Shown one piece after another: positions 59,429 to 64,000 of a stretch of 64,000 bases of DNA. Position numbers and translations under genes: made by a program. How positions within the stretch are numbered: position 1 is the first letter of the stretch; the number at the start of each line of letters is the position of its first letter. The notes below the pieces were generated by a model. It searched no databases and had not been told where the DNA came from. It saw only the letters and a program-made list of their open reading frames with translations. This stretch comes from an uncultured delta proteobacterium (GTDB lineage Bacteria; Myxococcota; Myxococcia; Myxococcales; Myxococcaceae): assembly GCA_963776345.1 (NCBI GenBank), contig CAVZMH010000016.1, forward strand, positions 704,001 to 768,000. The letters are read 5' to 3'.

Positions 59429-60739
59429 GTGACTCCGACCGACGTCAATTCCAGCGAGACAGCGCCCGGCGACGAGGTGGTGCGCAAGACGTACGTGCGC
59501 GACCTGCGCGACAAGCAGCCGGTCCACACCGTGTTCAAGGTCACCCGGAAGGCGCGCGTCACCGCGCGGAGCGGCAAGACCTTCCTGGTGGTGGGGCTCG
59601 GAGACCGGACCGGCGAGGTGGACGCCCGGGTGTTCGAGCGCGTGGAGGCGCTCGAGCCCGCGTTCGAGGCCGGCGACATGGTGCTGGTTCGCGGACACGT
59701 CACCCACTTCCAGGGCAAACCTCAGATCTTGCTCGAGTCGGTGGACCGGCTGGACCCCGAGCCCATCGACCCCGCCGAGTTCGAGGTCCCGGCGCCTCCG
59801 CCGGCCCCCACGCCCGCACCGCCCCAGGCGCATGGCTCCGCAGCAGGACCGGTCCGCCCCACCCACGAGTCGCCGCGACCCGCGTCCGACGGCCCCCGGG
59901 CGGTGGCGCAGATCCGCGAGCTGGTGGAGCGCGTGGGCGATCCGCACGTGAAGGCGCTGCTCCTCGCCTTCCTCGACGACCCGCTCGTGGCCCAGCGGCT
60001 CCCGTCCGCGCCCGCGGCGAAGGGCATCCACCACGCGCACCGCGGCGGGCTGGCGGAGCACATCCTCTCGGTGATGCGGCTCGGCCACCGGGTGGCGGAG
60101 CATTACCCGGTGCTCGACCGCGATCTGGTCACCGCCGGCGCGCTGCTCCACGACATCGGCAAGATCCAGGAGCTGGCCTGGGACGGCGGGAACACCCGCT
60201 ACACCGACGAGGGGCGTCTGGTCGGTCACCTGGTTCTCACCGCGCAAGCCATCCGGGAGAAGGCGGCGCGCATCCCGGGCTTCCCCCCGCTGCTCGAGGC
60301 CCACGTCACGCACCTGGTCCTCGCCCACCACGGACACCTCGAGTACGGCTCGCCCAAGGTGCCGATGACGCTGGAGGCCTACGTCGTCCACGCCATCGAC
60401 TCGCTGGACTCGCGCATCGACAGCTGGCTGGACCTCATGGCCCGCGATCCCGGGGAGACCTGGACCGAGCAGACCAAGCTCTACGAGCGGCACCTCTGGA
60501 AGGGGCCGGCGCCGACCGCGCGGGGCCGCTCGCCGGTGGAGGGGCGGGGCCGGCGTGCCGAGAAGCGCAAGCGCCCGCGCACCGGAACTCCTCCCTCGAC
60601 GCCCGCGGCCCCTCCCGCCGCGCCGAGGCTCAGCTTCAAGCCGCTGGACGCACTCACCAGCGAGGCGCCTCCCGTTGCCCCGGCCGCTCCATCCGAGTCG
60701 GCCGAGACCCCGGTTCCTGAGCGACCTCCCGAGGAATGA
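59429..60739 (+). CDS. YhaM family 3'-5' exoribonuclease (OB fold plus HD domain)
   Basis: LGDRTGEVDAR, PAAKGIHHAHRGGLAEH, LLHDIGK and HHGHLEYGSP. Confidence 0.9.
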   Translation: MTPTDVNSSETAPGDEVVRKTYVRDLRDKQPVHTVFKVTRKARVTARSGKTFLVVGLGDRTGEVDARVFERVEALEPAFEAGDMVLVRGHVTHFQGKPQILLESVDRLDPEPIDPAEFEVPAPPPAPTPAPPQAHGSAAGPVRPTHESPRPASDGPRAVAQIRELVERVGDPHVKALLLAFLDDPLVAQRLPSAPAAKGIHHAHRGGLAEHILSVMRLGHRVAEHYPVLDRDLVTAGALLHDIGKIQELAWDGGNTRYTDEGRLVGHLVLTAQAIREKAARIPGFPPLLEAHVTHLVLAHHGHLEYGSPKVPMTLEAYVVHAIDSLDSRIDSWLDLMARDPGETWTEQTKLYERHLWKGPAPTARGRSPVEGRGRRAEKRKRPRTGTPPSTPAAPPAAPRLSFKPLDALTSEAPPVAPAAPSESAETPVPERPPEE

Positions 60740-60803
60740 ACGAAACCAGGGGGCGGCAATTCTCCTCCCGGGCTGGATCCGGCAGAATTCCTGACGGTCA
60801 GGA

Positions 60804-62730
60804 ATGAGCCCCAAGCTCGGAGATCGCCTCGTCGCGGCCGGCCTCGTGTCACGCGAGGCCGTGGAGCAGGCGCTGGAGCAGCAGCGCCTGACAGGCCACC
60901 GCCTCGGCGACTCGCTCGTCGAGATGGGGCTGCTCGGTGAGGCCGCGCTCCTGCGTTTCCTCGCCTCCGAGCTGAAGACCCGCTACGTGTCGGCGGAGAA
61001 GCTGGCCCGGGCGCAGATCCCGAGCGAGCTGCTGGATCGGGTCCCCGTGCGGCTCGCCGAGGCCCACCACTTCCTGCCCCTGGCGGTGGACGACGAGCGG
61101 CGCATCCTCTCCATCGTCGCCGCCGAACCCCAGAACGAGAAGCTCCTGCGCGACGTGGCGACCATCGCCGACGTGGACGAGGTCTACGCCTACATCGCCC
61201 TGCGGAGCGTGGTGCGCGCCGGCATCCAGAAGCACTACTACGCCGACACCACCGCCTTCGCCTCGCTGACCTCGGGCCCACGGGCGAGCCGGGCCGACCT
61301 CGCGGGCATCGCCGCGGCCTACGAGTCGGCGGGGAGCAGCAAGCACCTCGCGCCGCCGGTGCCGCTCCGGATCCGGGGCGAGAGCAGCCAGGCCCGCACG
61401 CCGGCGGCCCGCGTCAGCCGGCCCACCACCGGCGAGAGCGGCCTGGTCGCCTCGCGCGGCGCGGTGGGCGAGACCGACTACCTCGAGACCCTGCGGGTGC
61501 TGGTGGACCAGCTCGAGCGGAGCCGTGGCGAGATGCGGGGCCACTCGGCGCAGCTGGCGCGGCAGGCCTCGCTGGTGGCAATGCGGCTGGCGCTCCCGGG
61601 CCGCGAGGTGTCCTGCGTGGCGCTGGCCGCATTCCTCCACGACCTGGGCAAGGGCCCCCTGCACCTGACGCTCGCCGGCACGGCCCGGAACCCCGAGTGG
61701 AAGGCCGAGGCGAAGAAGGTGGCCCTCGCGCCGGTGCAGATGTTCGAGTCGGTGCACCTCCCCGCGCAGGTGGGCGGGGCGCTGGCCCAGCTCTACGAGG
61801 CCTGGGACGGCTCGGGCACGCCGCAGGGCGCGCGCGGGGAGGACATCGCCATCGGGGCGCGCATCCTCGCCGCGGTGGACAGCTGGCTCGACCTCACCCG
61901 GAACCCCGGGAACGCCTTCGGCCGGCTCTTCACCCGCGAGCAGGCGCTCAGCTTCATGGCCGAGCAGGCCGGGAAGCTCTTCGACCCGCGGGTGGTGGAG
62001 ATGCTCGAGCTGCTCCACTCGGGCGAGCTCCTGCGCCGGCGCCTGGAGAGCGACGGGCGGCAGGTGCTGGTCGCCGACCCCGAGCCGGCCCGCCGGGACG
62101 CGGTGGTGCACGCGCTGGGCCGGAAGGGGCTGGTGGTCCAGGCGACCAGCACGCTGGAGGGCGCGGTGGAGGCCGCGCCGGGCTCGGACCTGTGGCTGTT
62201 CTCGGTCGCCCTGGGTCTCCCGGAGGTGGCGGCGGCGGCGGTGGAGCTCCGTTCGGATCCGCGGCTGGCAGGGACGCCGCTGCTGGTTCACGGGCCGGTG
62301 GACGAGGCCGGCTCGGAGCGCCTGCTCCAGTCGGGCGACCACCGCGCTGCTCGGGATGGGCGAGCCGGCCGACGTGGCGGCGCGGGTCCTCGACGCCGTG
62401 CAGGAGCGCATCGGCAACGGTGCACCGGCGCGGGTGGTGCAGGGGACCGCGGACGAGCTGCCGCCCCGGGACGTGCTGCGGATCCTCGGCGGCGGCCGGA
62501 AGTCCGGCCGGCTGGCGCTCCGCGCCGAGGGTAGCGAGGGCCTCTTGCAGTTCGAGCGAGGCCGCGTGGTGTGGGCCGGCGCCGGGCAGGCGCGCGGCGA
62601 GGAGGCCCTCACGCAGATCCTGAAGGCCCGGGCGACGGAGTTCGTCTACGATCCGGACGCCCTCCTGATGGAGCTGCCCCACCTGGACACGGACCTCGAG
62701 CTGGTGGTGCGGGCGCTCGAGCCCGCGTGA
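60804..62730 (+). CDS. MshEN/GspE-N + HD-GYP-like + degenerate REC + DUF4388 protein; apparent frameshift near 62334
   Basis: KLGDRLVAAGLV..ALEQQ..RLGDSLVEMGLL; LHDLGK; YEAWDGSGTP; DUF4388 KSGRLAL..GLLQFERGRVV in ORF 62356..62730. Confidence 0.82.
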
Positions 62731-63837
62731 ATCGAGCCCTGCGGGTCGGCGCCGCGGTGCTCCCACCGCTGCTGGTCTTCGGCGCGGTTCGATGGCTCTT
62801 CGCCGTGGCCGCCGCGGCGGTCGGCCTCGATGCCTCGCGCCCCGGGAGCTGGGTGCGCTGGGACGCCCGGCACTACCTGGCGATCGCCACCACGGGGTAC
62901 GAGTACTTCCCCTGCCCGCCGAGCTTCGGGCGGCCCTGGGAGGCCTGCGGCAACGCGGCGTGGTTCCCGCTGTACCCGTGGGCGATGCGGCCGCTGATCG
63001 CGCTCGGGGCCGCGCCGGCCACGGCGGGGTTCTGGGTGGCGGGCCTCGGCGCGCTGGGGATGCTGATCGCCCTGTGGAAGGCTTCCTGCGACGGCGCGGC
63101 CTGCGAGGGTGGCTGGTGCTGGGCCTGGCGGGGGTCTTTCCGGGCGCGGTGTACCAGCACGCGATCTTCCCGACCTCGCTCGCGCTGCTCTGCCTCGTGC
63201 TCGCCGGCTTCTTCGTCGCGCGCGGGCGTGGGTGCTGGCCGGAGTGGCCGGCGCCGGGGTGGCGCTGTCGTACGTGACCGGCGTCCTGGTGTCCGGGCCG
63301 AACGCGGCGGCGGCCTGGCTGCGCACCCGAACGCTCCGGCCGGCGCTCGTCGCCGGCGGGCTCGCCGCGGCCGGCCTGGGGCTGGTCCTCGTGCTGCACC
63401 AGCTGCTGCTCGGGCACTGGGACGCGTTCTACTGGGTGCACGAGAAGGGGTTCCCGGCCATGGCGCGGCCGGTGGACGCGTTCCTCGGCGTGGTGGGGCC
63501 GGCCTTCGACGCGGCCTCCGACCCGCGGGCGCGGACCGCCGCCGCTCAGGCGCTGACCGTGGCCGGGCTGGTGCTGCTCGGGCTGGGGACGGCGGTCGTC
63601 ATGCGGCGTCGACCGGGCCCCGTCCGGAGCTGGGCGGCGCTCTCCACCCTCGTCTTCTGGGCCTTCCCGCTCGCCGTCGGCCGGGGGGTGAGCCTCTACC
63701 GGTCGGATGCCCTGGTGCTCCCGGTGCTCCTGCTCCTGATCGAGCTGCCGGCCTGGGCGCTCGCTCCCCTCCTCGTGTGGCTGGCGCTGCTCGCCCAGGC
63801 GATGGGACGGCTCTTCTTCACCGGTTACCTCGTCTGA
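62727..63837 (+). CDS. GT-C mannosyltransferase-like membrane protein (PIG-V/GPI18-like); two apparent frameshifts (about 63080 and 63228)
   Basis: RWDARHYLAIATTGY and AWFPLYP motifs; TM segments continue across three frames. Confidence 0.7.
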
Positions 63838-64000
63838 GAGGCGCGACGCTCGCCTCCGGCTTGCACCTGCGCTCCTGTTGAAGGGCGCGGACCGGCGTTA
63901 ACCCTCGCTCGGGCGCAGGGGTTTGTCTGCCCGGCCGCGGTCGGGTCCGGCCTTCGACTGCGCGGGAGTGAAACGATGAGAGCGCGACACGCTTCGAGGA

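Noticed and set aside
63838..63856. Terminator after the last GT-C
   Set aside because: A 6-bp GC stem with no U-tract.

Overview
A very GC-rich bacterial chromosome segment, most likely from a myxobacterium (Myxococcota). The evidence is an AsgB-like regulator, eukaryote-like Ser/Thr kinases, DUF4388/MshEN/zinc-ribbon-TPR proteins and a purH-purD-lptFG-waaL-GT-GT-wbaP block. Left to right it holds: the 3' part of a GH94 cyclic beta-1,2-glucan synthase (ndvB-like) and a Tat-exported MepK/YcbK peptidase; a lipid-modification cluster; Lrp plus a PLP aminotransferase; an LPS/purine operon; asgB, a MerR-like regulator and a kinase; a variable region of about 20 kb (lipoproteins, a large patatin, MocR-kinase, serA, glycosylation genes) ending at tRNA-Leu(GAG); gap-pgk-tpiA-secG; dgkA; a small-protein locus with a candidate sRNA; then an FAD oxidoreductase, rhomboid, YhaM, an MshEN-HD-GYP protein and a GT-C. 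About ten genes carry single-base frameshifts, mostly at G/C runs, which looks like long-read consensus error rather than pseudogenisation. No CRISPR, integrase, transposase or rRNA was seen. The best leads are an unannotated ~115-nt sRNA with its own promoter and terminator, a possible polyprenol-phosphate-sugar glycosylation set around tRNA-Leu, a cfa-less DUF1295/DUF2177 lipid cluster, a MerR-type operator upstream of the merR-asgB pair, and a patatin with a beta-barrel-like tail. All product calls come from motif recognition by eye; no database search was run.
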